Positions 1 to 15,000 of a stretch of 63,901 nucleotides of DNA are shown here, one piece after another (positions within the stretch are counted from its first letter, which is position 1; every line of letters starts with the position of its first letter). Location of the stretch: the NCBI GenBank assembly GCA_964016885.1, contig OZ024745.1, forward strand, positions 11,718,001 to 11,781,901, read 5' to 3'. The stretch is from Eledone cirrhosa. Lineage: Eukaryota. Position numbers and translations under genes: made by a program. Under the pieces are notes generated by a model. That model saw nothing but the letters and a program-made list of their open reading frames with translations, was not told where the DNA came from and searched no databases.

Positions 1-3000
1 GTTACCATCACTACAACAGTCAACACTAAACCTACCAAACTTACAGTCGTTACTATCACTACAACAGTCAACACTAAACCTACCAAACTTACAGTCGTTA
101 CCATCACTACTACAGTCAACACTAAACCTACCAAACTTACAGTCGTTACCATCACTACAACAGTCAACACTAAACCTACCAAACTTAGAGTCGTTACCAT
201 CACTACAACAGTCATCGCTAAACCTACCAAACTTACAGTCGTTACCATCACTACTACAGTCAACAATAAACCTACCAAACTTACAGTCGTTACCATCACT
301 ACTACAGTCAACAATAAACCTACCAAACTTACAGTCGTTACCATCACTACTACAGTCAACACTAAAACTACCAAACTTACAGTCGTTACCATCACTACAA
401 CAGTCAACACTAAACCTACCAAACTTACAGTCGTTACCATCACTACTACAGTCAACACTAAAACTACCAAACTTACAGTCGTTACCATCACTACAACAGT
501 CAACACTAAACCTACCAAACTTACAGTCGTTACCATCACTACTACAGTCAACACTAAACCTACCAAATTTACAGTCGTTACCATCACTACTACAGTCAAC
601 ACTAAACCTACCAAACTTACAGTCGTTACCATCACTACTACAGTCAAACTAAACCTACCAAACTTACAGTCGTTACTATCACTACAACAGTCAACACTAA
701 ACCTACCAAACTTACAGTCGTTACCATCACTACAACATTCAACACTAACCCTACCAAACTTACAGTCGTTATCATCACTACAACAGTCAACACTAAACCT
801 ACCAAACTTACAGTCGTTACCATCACTACAACATTCAACACTAAACCTACCAAACTTACAGTCGTTACCATCACTACAACAGTCAACACTAAACCTACCA
901 AACTTACAGTCGTTACCATCACTACAACATTCAACACTAAACCTCCCAAACTTACAGTCGTTACCATCACTACAACATTCAACACTAAACCTACCAAACT
1001 TACAGTCGTTACCATCACTACTACAGTCAACACTAAACCTACCAAACTTACAGTTGTTACCATCACTACCACAGTCAACACTAAACCTACCTACCAAACT
1101 TACAGTCGTGACCATCACTACTACAGTCAACACTAAACCTACCAAACTTACAGTCGTTACCATCACTACTACAATCAACACTAAAACTACCAAACTTACA
1201 GTCTTTACCATCACTACAACAGTCAACACTAAACCTACCTACCAAACTTACAGTCGTGACCATCACTACTACAGTCAACACTAAACCTACCAAACTTACA
1301 GTCGTTACCATCACTACTACAATCAACACTATAACTACCAAACTTACAGACGTTACCATCACTACAACAGTCAACACTAAACATACCAAACTTACAGTCG
1401 TGACCATCACTACTACAGTCAACACTAAACCTACCAAACTTACAGTCGTTACCATCACTACTACAGTCAACACTAAAACTACCAAACTTACAGTCGTTAC
1501 CATCACTACTACAGTCAACACTAAACCTACCAAACTTACAGTCGTTAACATCACTACTACAGTCAACACTAAACCTACCAAACTTACAGTCGTTACCATC
1601 ACTACTACAGTCAACACTAAAACTACCAAACTTACAGTCGTTACCATCACTACAACAGTCAACACTAAACCTACCAAACTTACAGTCGTTACCATCACTA
1701 CAACAGTCAACACTAAACCTACCAAACTTACAGTCGTTACCATCACTACAACAGTCAACACTAAACCTACCAAACTTACAGTCGTTACCATCACTACTAC
1801 AGTCAACACTAAACCTACCAAACTTACAGTCGTTACTATCACTACAACAGTCAACACTAAACCTACCAAACTTACTGTCGTTACCATCACTACTACAGTC
1901 AACACTAAACCTACCAAACTTACAGTCGTTACCATCACTACAACAGTCAACACTAAACCTACCAAACTTACAGTCGTTACTATCACTACAACAGTCAACA
2001 CTAAACCTACCAAACTTACAGTCGTTACCATCACTACTACAGTCAACACTAAACCTACCAAACTTACAGTCGTTACCATCACTACAACAGTCAACACTAA
2101 ACCTACCAAACTTAGAGTCGTTACCATCACTACAACAGTCATCGCTAAACCTACCAAACTTACAGTCGTTACCATCACTACTACAGTCAACAATAAACCT
2201 ACCAAACTTACAGTCGTTACCATCACTACTACAGTCAACAATAAACCTACCAAACTTACAGTCGTTACCATCACTACTACAGTCAACACTAAAACTACCA
2301 AACTTACAGTCGTTACCATCACTACAACAGTCAACACTAAACCTACCAAACTTACAGTCGTTACCATCACTACTACAGTCAACACTAAAACTACCAAACT
2401 TACAGTCGTTACCATCACTACAACAGTCAACACTAAACCTACCAAACTTACAGTCGTTACCATCACTACTACAGTCAACACTAAACCTACCAAATTTACA
2501 GTCGTTACCATCACTACTACAGTCAACACTAAACCTACCAAACTTACAGTCGTTACCATCACTACTACAGTCAAACTAAACCTACCAAACTTACAGTCGT
2601 TACTATCACTACAACAGTCAACACTAAACCTACCAAACTTACAGTCGTTACCATCACTACAACATTCAACACTAACCCTACCAAACTTACAGTCGTTATC
2701 ATCACTACAACAGTCAACACTAAACCTACCAAACTTACAGTCGTTACCATCACTACAACATTCAACACTAAACCTACCAAACTTACAGTCGTTACCATCA
2801 CTACAACAGTCAACACTAAACCTACCAAACTTACAGTCGTTACCATCACTACAACATTCAACACTAAACCTCCCAAACTTACAGTCGTTACCATCACTAC
2901 AACATTCAACACTAAACCTACCAAACTTACAGTCGTTACCATCACTACTACAGTCAACACTAAACCTACCAAACTTACAGTTGTTACCATCACTACCACA

Positions 3001-6000
3001 GTCAACACTAAACCTACCTACCAAACTTACAGTCGTGACCATCACTACTACAGTCAACACTAAACCTACCAAACTTACAGTCGTTACCATCACTACTACA
3101 ATCAACACTAAAACTACCAAACTTACAGTCTTTACCATCACTACAACAGTCAACACTAAACCTACCTACCAAACTTACAGTCGTGACCATCACTACTACA
3201 GTCAACACTAAACCTACCAAACTTACAGTCGTTACCATCACTACTACAATCAACACTATAACTACCAAACTTACAGACGTTACCATCACTACAACAGTCA
3301 ACACTAAACATACCAAACTTACAGTCGTGACCATCACTACTACAGTCAACACTAAACTTACCAAACTTACAGTCGTTACCATCACTACTACAGTCAACAC
3401 TAAAACTACCAAACTTACAGTCGTTACCATCACTACTACAGTCAACACTAAACCTACCAAACTTACAGTCGTTAACATCACTACTACAGTCAACACTAAA
3501 CCTACCAAACTTACAGTCGTTACCATCACTACTACAGTCAACACTAAAACTACCAAACTTACAGTCGTTACCATCACTACAACAGTCAACACTAAACCTA
3601 CCAAACTTACAGTCGTTACCATCACTACAACAGTCAACACTAAACCTACCAAACTTACAGTCGTTACCATCACTACAACAGTCAACACTAAACCTACCAA
3701 ACTTACAGTCGTTACCATCACTACTACAGTCAACACTAAACCTACCAAACTTACAGTCGTTACTATCACTACAACAGTCAACACTAAACCTACCAAACTT
3801 ACTGTCGTTACCATCACTACTACAGTCAACACTAAACCTACCAAACTTACAGTCGTTACCATCACTACAACAGTCAACACTAAACCTACCAAACTTACAG
3901 TCGTTACTATCACTACAACAGTCAACACTAAACCTACCAAACTTACAGTCGTTACCATCACTACTACAGTCAACACTAAACCTACCAAACTTACAGTCGT
4001 TACCATCACTACAACAGTCAACACTAAACCTACCAAACTTAGAGTCGTTACCATCACTACAACAGTCATCGCTAAACCTACCAAACTTACAGTCGTTACC
4101 ATCACTACTACAGTCAACAATAAACCTACCAAACTTACAGTCGTTACCATCACTACTACAGTCAACAATAAACCTACCAAACTTACAGTCGTTACCATCA
4201 CTACTACAGTCAACACTAAAACTACCAAACTTACAGTCGTTACCATCACTACAACAGTCAACACTAAAACTACCAAACTTACAGTCGTTACCATCACTAC
4301 AACAGTCAACACTAAACCTACCAAACTTACAGTCGTTACCATCACTACAACAGTCAACACTAAACCTACCAAACTTACAGTCGTTACCATCACTACTACA
4401 GTCAACACTAAACCTACCAAACTTACAGTCGTTACTATCACTACAACAGTCAACACTAAACCTACCAAACTTACAGTCGTTACCATCACTACTACAGTCA
4501 ACACTAAACCTACCAAACTTACAGTCGTTACCATCACTACAACAGTCAACACCAAACCTACCAAACTTACAGTCGTTACCATCAATACTAAAGTGAACAC
4601 TAAACCTACCAAACTTACAGTCGTTACCATCACTACAACATTCAACACTAAACCTACCAAACTTACAGTCGTTACCATCACTACTACAGTCAACACTAAA
4701 CCTACCAAACTTACAGTCGTTACCATCACTACAACAGTCGACACTAAACCTACCAAACTTACAGTCGTTACCATCACTACTACAGTCAACACTAAACCTA
4801 CCAAACTTACAGTCGTTACCATCACTACAACAGTCAACACTAAACCTACCAAACTTACAGTCGTTACCATCACTACAACAGTCAACACTAAACCTACCAA
4901 ACTTAGAGTCGTTACCATCACTACAACAGTCATCGCTAAACCTACCAAACTTACAGTCGTTACCATCACTACTACAGTCAACAATAAACCTACCAAACTT
5001 ACAGTCGTTACCATCACTACTACAGTCAACAATAAACCTACCAAACTTACAGTCGTTACCATCACTACTACAGTCAACACTAAAACTACCAAACTTACAG
5101 TCGTTACCATCACTACAACAGTCAACACTAAACCTACCAAACTTACAGTCGTTACCATCACTACTACAGTCAACACTAAAACTACCAAACTTACAGTCGT
5201 TACCATCACTACAACAGTCAACACTAAACCTACCAAACTTACAGTCGTTACCATCACTACTACAGTCAACACTAAACCTACCAAATTTACAGTCGTTACC
5301 ATCACTACTACAGTCAACACTAAACCTACCAAACTTACAGTCGTTACCATCACTACTACAGTCAAACTAAACCTACCAAACTTACAGTCGTTACTATCAC
5401 TACAACAGTCAACACTAAACCTACCAAACTTACAGTCGTTACCATCACTACAACATTCAACACTAACCCTACCAAACTTACAGTCGTTATCATCACTACA
5501 ACAGTCAACACTAAACCTACCAAACTTACAGTCGTTACCATCACTACAACATTCAACACTAAACCTACCAAACTTACAGTCGTTACCATCACTACAACAG
5601 TCAACACTAAACCTACCAAACTTACAGTCGTTACCATCACTACAACATTCAACACTAAACCTCCCAAACTTACAGTCGTTACCATCACTACAACATTCAA
5701 CACTAAACCTACCAAACTTACAGTCGTTACCATCACTACTACAGTCAACACTAAACCTACCAAACTTACAGTTGTTACCATCACTACCACAGTCAACACT
5801 AAACCTACCTACCAAACTTACAGTCGTGACCATCACTACTACAGTCAACACTAAACCTACCAAACTTACAGTCGTTACCATCACTAGTACAGTCAACACT
5901 AAACCTACCAAACTTACAGTCGTTACCATCACTACAACAGTCAACACTAAACCTACCAAACTTAGAGTCGTTACCATCACTACAACAGTCATCGCTAAAC

Positions 6001-9000
6001 CTACCAAACTTACAGTCGTTACCATCACTACTACAGTCAACAATAAACCTACCAAACTTACAGTCGTTACCATCACTACTACAGTCAACAATAAACCTAC
6101 CAAACTTACAGTCGTTACCATCACTACTACAGTCAACACTAAAACTACCAAACTTACAGTCGTTACCATCACTACAACAGTCAACACTAAACCTACCAAA
6201 CTTACAGTCGTTACCATCACTACTACAGTCAACACTAAAACTACCAAACTTACAGTCGTTACCATCACTACAACAGTCAACACTAAACCTACCAAACTTA
6301 CAGTCGTTACCATCACTACTACAGTCAACACTAAACCTACCAAATTTACAGTCGTTACCATCACTACTACAGTCAACACTAAACCTACCAAACTTACAGT
6401 CGTTACCATCACTACTACAGTCAAACTAAACCTACCAAACTTACAGTCGTTACTATCACTACAACAGTCAACACTAAACCTACCAAACTTACAGTCGTTA
6501 CCATCACTACAACATTCAACACTAACCCTACCAAACTTACAGTCGTTATCATCACTACAACAGTCAACACTAAACCTACCAAACTTACAGTCGTTACCAT
6601 CACTACAACATTCAACACTAAACCTACCAAACTTACAGTCGTTACCATCACTACAACAGTCAACACTAAACCTACCAAACTTACAGTCGTTACCATCACT
6701 ACAACATTCAACACTAAACCTCCCAAACTTACAGTCGTTACCATCACTACAACATTCAACACTAAACCTACCAAACTTACAGTCGTTACCATCACTACTA
6801 CAGTCAACACTAAACCTACCAAACTTACAGTTGTTACCATCACTACCACAGTCAACACTAAACCTACCTACCAAACTTACAGTCGTGACCATCACTACTA
6901 CAGTCAACACTAAACCTACCAAACTTACAGTCGTTACCATCACTACTACAATCAACACTAAAACTACCAAACTTACAGTCTTTACCATCACTACAACAGT
7001 CAACACTAAACCTACCTACCAAACTTACAGTCGTGACCATCACTACTACAGTCAACACTAAACCTACCAAACTTACAGTCGTTACCATCACTACTACAAT
7101 CAACACTATAACTACCAAACTTACAGACGTTACCATCACTACAACAGTCAACACTAAACATACCAAACTTACAGTCGTGACCATCACTACTACAGTCAAC
7201 ACTAAACCTACCAAACTTACAGTCGTTACCATCACTACTACAGTCAACACTAAAACTACCAAACTTACAGTCGTTACCATCACTACTACAGTCAACACTA
7301 AACCTACCAAACTTACAGTCGTTAACATCACTACTACAGTCAACACTAAACCTACCAAACTTACAGTCGTTACCATCACTACTACAGTCAACACTAAAAC
7401 TACCAAACTTACAGTCGTTACCATCACTACAACAGTCAACACTAAACCTACCAAACTTACAGTCGTTACCATCACTACAACAGTCAACACTAAACCTACC
7501 AAACTTACAGTCGTTACCATCACTACAACAGTCAACACTAAACCTACCAAACTTACAGTCGTTACCATCACTACTACAGTCAACACTAAACCTACCAAAC
7601 TTACAGTCGTTACTATCACTACAACAGTCAACACTAAACCTACCAAACTTACTGTCGTTACCATCACTACTACAGTCAACACTAAACCTACCAAACTTAC
7701 AGTCGTTACCATCACTACAACAGTCAACACTAAACCTACCAAACTTACAGTCGTTACTATCACTACAACAGTCAACACTAAACCTACCAAACTTACAGTC
7801 GTTACCATCACTACTACAGTCAACACTAAACCTACCAAACTTACAGTCGTTACCATCACTACAACAGTCAACACTAAACCTACCAAACTTAGAGTCGTTA
7901 CCATCACTACAACAGTCATCGCTAAACCTACCAAACTTACAGTCGTTACCATCACTACTACAGTCAACAATAAACCTACCAAACTTACAGTCGTTACCAT
8001 CACTACTACAGTCAACAATAAACCTACCAAACTTACAGTCGTTACCATCACTACTACAGTCAACACTAAAACTACCAAACTTACAGTCGTTACCATCACT
8101 ACAACAGTCAACACTAAAACTACCAAACTTACAGTCGTTACCATCACTACAACAGTCAACACTAAACCTACCAAACTTACAGTCGTTACCATCACTACAA
8201 CAGTCAACACTAAACCTACCAAACTTACAGTCGTTACCATCACTACTACAGTCAACACTAAACCTACCAAACTTACAGTCGTTACTATCACTACAACAGT
8301 CAACACTAAACCTACCAAACTTACAGTCGTTACCATCACTACTACAGTCAACACTAAACCTACCAAACTTACAGTCGTTACCATCACTACAACAGTCAAC
8401 ACCAAACCTACCAAACTTACAGTCGTTACCATCAATACTAAAGTGAACACTAAACCTACCAAACTTACAGTCGTTACCATCACTACAACATTCAACACTA
8501 AACCTACCAAACTTACAGTCGTTACCATCACTACTACAGTCAACACTAAACCTACCAAACTTACAGTCGTTACCATCACTACAACAGTCAACACTAAACC
8601 TACCAAACTTACAGTCGTTACCATCACTATTACAGTCGACACTAAACCTACCAAACTTACAGTCGTTACCATCACTACAACAGTCAACACCAAACCTACC
8701 AAACTTACAGTCGTTACTATCACTACAACAGTCAACACTAAACCTACCAAACTTACAGTCGTTACCATCACTACTACAGTCAACACTAAACCTACCAAAC
8801 TTACAGTCGTTACCATCACTACAACAGTCAACACCAAACCTACCAAACTTACAGTCGTTACCATCAATACTAAAGTGAACACTAAACCTACCAAACTTAC
8901 AGTCGTTACCATCACTACAACATTCAACACTAAACCTACCAAACTTACAGTCGTTACCATCACTACTACAGTCAACACTAAACCTACCAAACTTACAGTC

Positions 9001-12000
9001 GTTACCATCACTACAACAGTCAACACTAAACCTACCAAACTTACAGTCGTTACCATCACTATTACAGTCGACACTAAACCTACCAAACTTACAGTCGTTA
9101 CCATCACTACAACAGTCAACACCAAACCTACCAAACTTACAGTCGTTACCATCAATACTAAAGTGAACACTAAACCTACCAAACTTACAGTCGTTACCAT
9201 CACTACAACATTCAACACTAAACCTACCAAACTTACAGTCGTTACCATCACTACTACAGTCAACACTAAACCTACCAAACTTACAGTCGTTACCATCACT
9301 ACAACAGTCAACACTAAACCTACCAAACTTACAGTCGTTACCATCACTATTACAGTCGACACTAAACCTACCAAACTTACAGTCGTTACCATCACTACTA
9401 CAGTCAACACTAAACCTACCAAACTTACAGTCGTTACTATCACTACAACAGTCAACACTAAACCTACCAAACTTACAGTCGTTACCATCACTACTACAGT
9501 CAACACTAAACCTACCAAACTTACAGTCGTTACCATCACTACAACAGTCAACACCAAACCTACCAAACTTACAGTCGTTACCATCAATACTAAAGTGAAC
9601 ACTAAACCTACCAAACTTACAGTCGTTACCATCACTACAACATTCAACACTAAACCTACCAAACTTACAGTCGTTACCATCACTACTACAGTCAACACTA
9701 AACCTACCAAACTTACAGTCGTTACCATCACTACAACAGTCAACACTAAACCTACCAAACTTACAGTCGTTACCATCACTATTACAGTCGACACTAAACC
9801 TACCAAACTTACAGTCGTTACCATCACTACTACAGTCAACACTAAACCTACCAAACTTACAGTCGTTACCATCACTACAACAGTCAACACTAAACCTACC
9901 AAACTTACAGTCGTTACCATCACTACAACAGTCAACACTAAACCTACCAAACTTACAGTCGTTACCATCACTACAACAGTCAACACTAAACCTACCAAAA
10001 CTTACAGTCGTTACCATCACTACTACAGTCAACACTAAAACTACCAAACTTACAGTCGTTACCATCACTACAACAGTCAACACTAAACCTACCAAACTTA
10101 CAGTCGTTACCATCACTACAACAGTCAACACTAAACCTACCAAACTTACAGTCGTTACCATCACTACAACAGTCAACACTAAACCTACCAAACTTACAGT
10201 CGTTACCATCACTACTACAGTCAACACTAAACCTACCAAACTTACAGTCGTTACCATCACTACAACAGTCAACACTAAACCTACCAAACTTACAGTCGTT
10301 ACTATCACTACAACAGTCAACACTAAAACTACCAAACTTACAGTCTTTACCATCACTACAACAGTCAACACTAAACCTACCTACCAAACTTACAGTCGTG
10401 ACCATCACTACTACAGTCAACACTAAACCTACCAAACTTACAGTCGTTACCATCACTACTACAATCAACACTATAACTACCAAACTTACAGACGTTACCA
10501 TCACTACAACAGTCAACACTAAACATACCAAACTTACAGTCGTGACCATCACTACTACAGTCAACACTAAACCTACCAAACTTACAGTCGTTACCATCAC
10601 TACTACAGTCAACACTAAAACTACCAAACTTACAGTCGTTAACATCACTACTACAGTCAACACTAAACCTACCAAACTTACAGTCGTTACCATCACTACT
10701 ACAGTCAACACTAAAACTACCAAACTTACAGTCGTTACCATCACTACAACAGTCAACACTAAACCTACCAAACTTACAGTCGTTACCATCACTACAACAG
10801 TCAACACTAAACCTACCAAACTTACAGTCGTTACCATCACTACAACAGTCAACACTAAACCTACCAAACTTACAGTCGTTACCATCACTACTACAGTCAA
10901 CACTAAACCTACCAAACTTACAGTCGTTACTATCACTACTACAGTCAACACTAAACCTACCAAACTTACAGTCGTTACCATCACTACTACAGTCAACACT
11001 AAACCTACCAAACTTACAGTCGTTACCATCACTACAACAGTCAACACTAAACCTACCAAACTTACTGTCGTTACCATCACTACTACAGTCAACACTAAAC
11101 CTACCAAACTTACAGTCGTTACCATCACTACAACAGTCAACACTAAACCTACCAAACTTACAGTCGTTACTATCACTACAACATTCAACACTAAACCTAC
11201 CAAACTTACAGTCGTTACCATCACTACTACAGTCAACACTAAACCTCCCAAACTTACAGTCGTTACCATCACTACAACAGTCAACACTAAACCTACCAAA
11301 CTTACAGTCGTTACCATCACTACTACAGTCGACACTAAACCTACCAAACTTACAGTCGTTACCATCACTACTACAGTCAACACTAAACCTACCAAACTTA
11401 CAGTCGTTACCATCACTACAACAGTCAACACTAAACCTACCAAACTTACAGTCGTTACCATCACTACAACAGTCAACACTAAACCTACCAAACTTACAGT
11501 CGTTACCATCACTACAACAGTCAACACTAAACCTACCAAAACTTACAGTCGTTACCATCACTACTACAGTCAATACTAAAACTACCAAACTTACAGTCGT
11601 TACCATCACTACAACAGTCAACACTAAACCTACCAAACTTACAGTCGTTACCATCACTACAACAGTCAACACTAAACCTACCAAACTTACAGTCGTTACC
11701 ATCACTACAACAGTCAACACTAAACCTACCAAACTTACAGTCGTTACCATCACTACTACAGTCAACACTAAACCTACCAAACTTACAGTCGTTACCATCA
11801 CTACAACAGTCAACACTAAACCTACCAAACTTACAGTCGTTACTATCACTACAACAGTCAACACTAAACCTACCAAACTTACAGTCGTTACCATCACTAC
11901 TACAGTCAACACTAAACCTACCAAACTTACCGTCGTTACCATCACTACAACAGTCAACACTAAACCTACCAAACTTACAGTCGTTACCATCACTACAACA

Positions 12001-15000
12001 GTCAACACTAAACCTACCAAACTTACAGTAGTTACCATCACTACTACAGTCAACAATAAACCTACCAAACTTACAGTCGTTACCATCACTACAACAGTCA
12101 ACACTAAACCTACCAAACTTACAGTCGTTACCATCACTACTACAGTCAACACTAAAACTACCAAACTTACAGTCGTTACCATCACTAATACAGTCAACAC
12201 TAAAACTACCAAACTTACAGTCGTTACCATCACTACTACAGTCAACACTAAACCTACCAAACTTAGTCGTTACCATCACTACTACAGTCAACACTAAACC
12301 TACCAAACTTACAGTCGTTACCAACACTACTACAGTCAACACTAAAACTACCAAACTTACAGTCGTTACCATCACTACAACAGTCAACACTAAAACTACC
12401 AAACTTACAGTCGTTACCATCACTACAACAGTCAACACTAAACCTACCAAACTTACAGTCGTTACCATCACTACTACATTCAACACTAAAACTACCAAAC
12501 TTACAGTCGTTACCATCACTACAACAGTCAACACTAAACCTACCAAACTTACAGTCGTTACCATCACTACTACAGTCAACACTAAACCTACCAAACTTAC
12601 AGTCGTTACCATCACTACAACAGTCAACACTAAACCTACCAAACTTACAGTCGTTACCATCAATACTACATTCAACACTAAACCTACCAAACTTACAGTC
12701 GTTACCATCACTACTACAGTCAACACTAAACCTACCAAACTTACAGTCGTTATCATCACTACAACAGTCAACACTAAACCTACCAAACTTACAGTCGTTA
12801 CCATCACTACTACAGTCGACACTAAAGCTACCAAACTTACAGTCGTTACCATCACTACTACAGTCAACACTAAACCTACCAAACTTACAGTCGTTACCAT
12901 CACTACAACAGTCAACACTAAACCTACCAAACTTACTGTCGTTACCATCACTACTACAGTCAACACTAAACCTACCAAACTTACAGTCGTTACCATCACT
13001 ACAACAGTCAACACTAAACCTACCAAACTTACAGTCGTTACTATCACTACAACAGTCAACACTAAACCTACCAAACTTACAGTCGTTACCATCACTACTA
13101 CAGTCAACACTAAACCTACCAAACTTACAGTCGTTACCATCACTACAACAGTCAACACTAAACCTACCAAACTTAGAGTCGTTACCATCACTACAACAGT
13201 CATCGCTAAACCTACCAAACTTACAGTCGTTACCATCACTACTACAGTCAACAATAAACCTACCAAACTTACAGTCGTTACCATCACTACTACAGTCAAC
13301 AATAAACCTACCAAACTTACAGTCGTTACCATCACTACTACAGTCAACACTAAAACTACCAAACTTACAGTCGTTACCATCACTACAACAGTCAACACTA
13401 AAACTACCAAACTTACAGTCGTTACCATCACTACAACAGTCAACACTAAACCTACCAAACTTACAGTCGTTACCATCATTACAACAGTCAACACTAAACC
13501 TACCAAACTTACAGTCGTTACCATCACTACTACAGTCAACACTAAACCTACCAAACTTACAGTCGTTACTATCACTACAACAGTCAACACTAAACCTACC
13601 AAACTTACAGTCGTTACCATCACTACTACAGTCAACACTAAACCTACCAAACTTACAGTCGTTACCATCACTACAACAGTCAACACCAAACCTACCAAAC
13701 TTACAGTCGTTACCATCAATACTAAAGTGAACACTAAACCTACCAAACTTACAGTCGTTACCATCACTACAACATTCAACACTAAACCTACCAAACTTAC
13801 AGTCGTTACCATCACTACTACAGTCAACACTAAACCTACCAAACTTACAGTCGTTACCATCACTACAACAGTCAACACTAAACCTACCAAACTTACAGTC
13901 GTTACCATCACTATTACAGTCGACACTAAACCTACCAAACTTACAGTCGTTACCATCACTACTACAGTCAACACTAAACCTACCAAACTTACAGTCGTTA
14001 CCATCACTACAACAGTCAACACTAAACCTACCAAACTTACAGTCGTTACCATCACTACAACAGTCAACACTAAACCTACCAAACTTACAGTCGTTACCAT
14101 CACTACAACAGTCAACACTAAACCTACCAAAACTTACAGTCGTTACCATCACTACTACAGTCAACACTAAAACTACCAAACTTACAGTCGTTACCATCAC
14201 TACAACAGTCAACACTAAACCTACCAAACTTACAGTCGTTACCATCACTACAACAGTCAACACTAAACCTACCAAACTTACAGTCGTTACCATCACTACA
14301 ACAGTCAACACTAAACCTACCAAACTTACAGTCGTTACCATCACTACTACAGTCAACACTAAACCTACCAAACTTACAGTCGTTACCATCACTACAACAG
14401 TCAACACTAAACCTACCAAACTTACAGTCGTTACTATCACTACAACAGTCAACACTAAAACTACCAAACTTACAGTCTTTACCATCACTACAACAGTCAA
14501 CACTAAACCTACCTACCAAACTTACAGTCGTGACCATCACTACTACAGTCAACACTAAACCTACCAAACTTACAGTCGTTACCATCACTACTACAATCAA
14601 CACTATAACTACCAAACTTACAGACGTTACCATCACTACAACAGTCAACACTAAACATACCAAACTTACAGTCGTGACCATCACTACTACAGTCAACACT
14701 AAACCTACCAAACTTACAGTCGTTACCATCACTACTACAGTCAACACTAAAACTACCAAACTTACAGTCGTTAACATCACTACTACAGTCAACACTAAAC
14801 CTACCAAACTTACAGTCGTTACCATCACTACTACAGTCAACACTAAAACTACCAAACTTACAGTCGTTACCATCACTACAACAGTCAACACTAAACCTAC
14901 CAAACTTACAGTCGTTACCATCACTACAACAGTCAACACTAAACCTACCAAACTTACAGTCGTTACCATCACTACAACAGTCAACACTAAACCTACCAAA

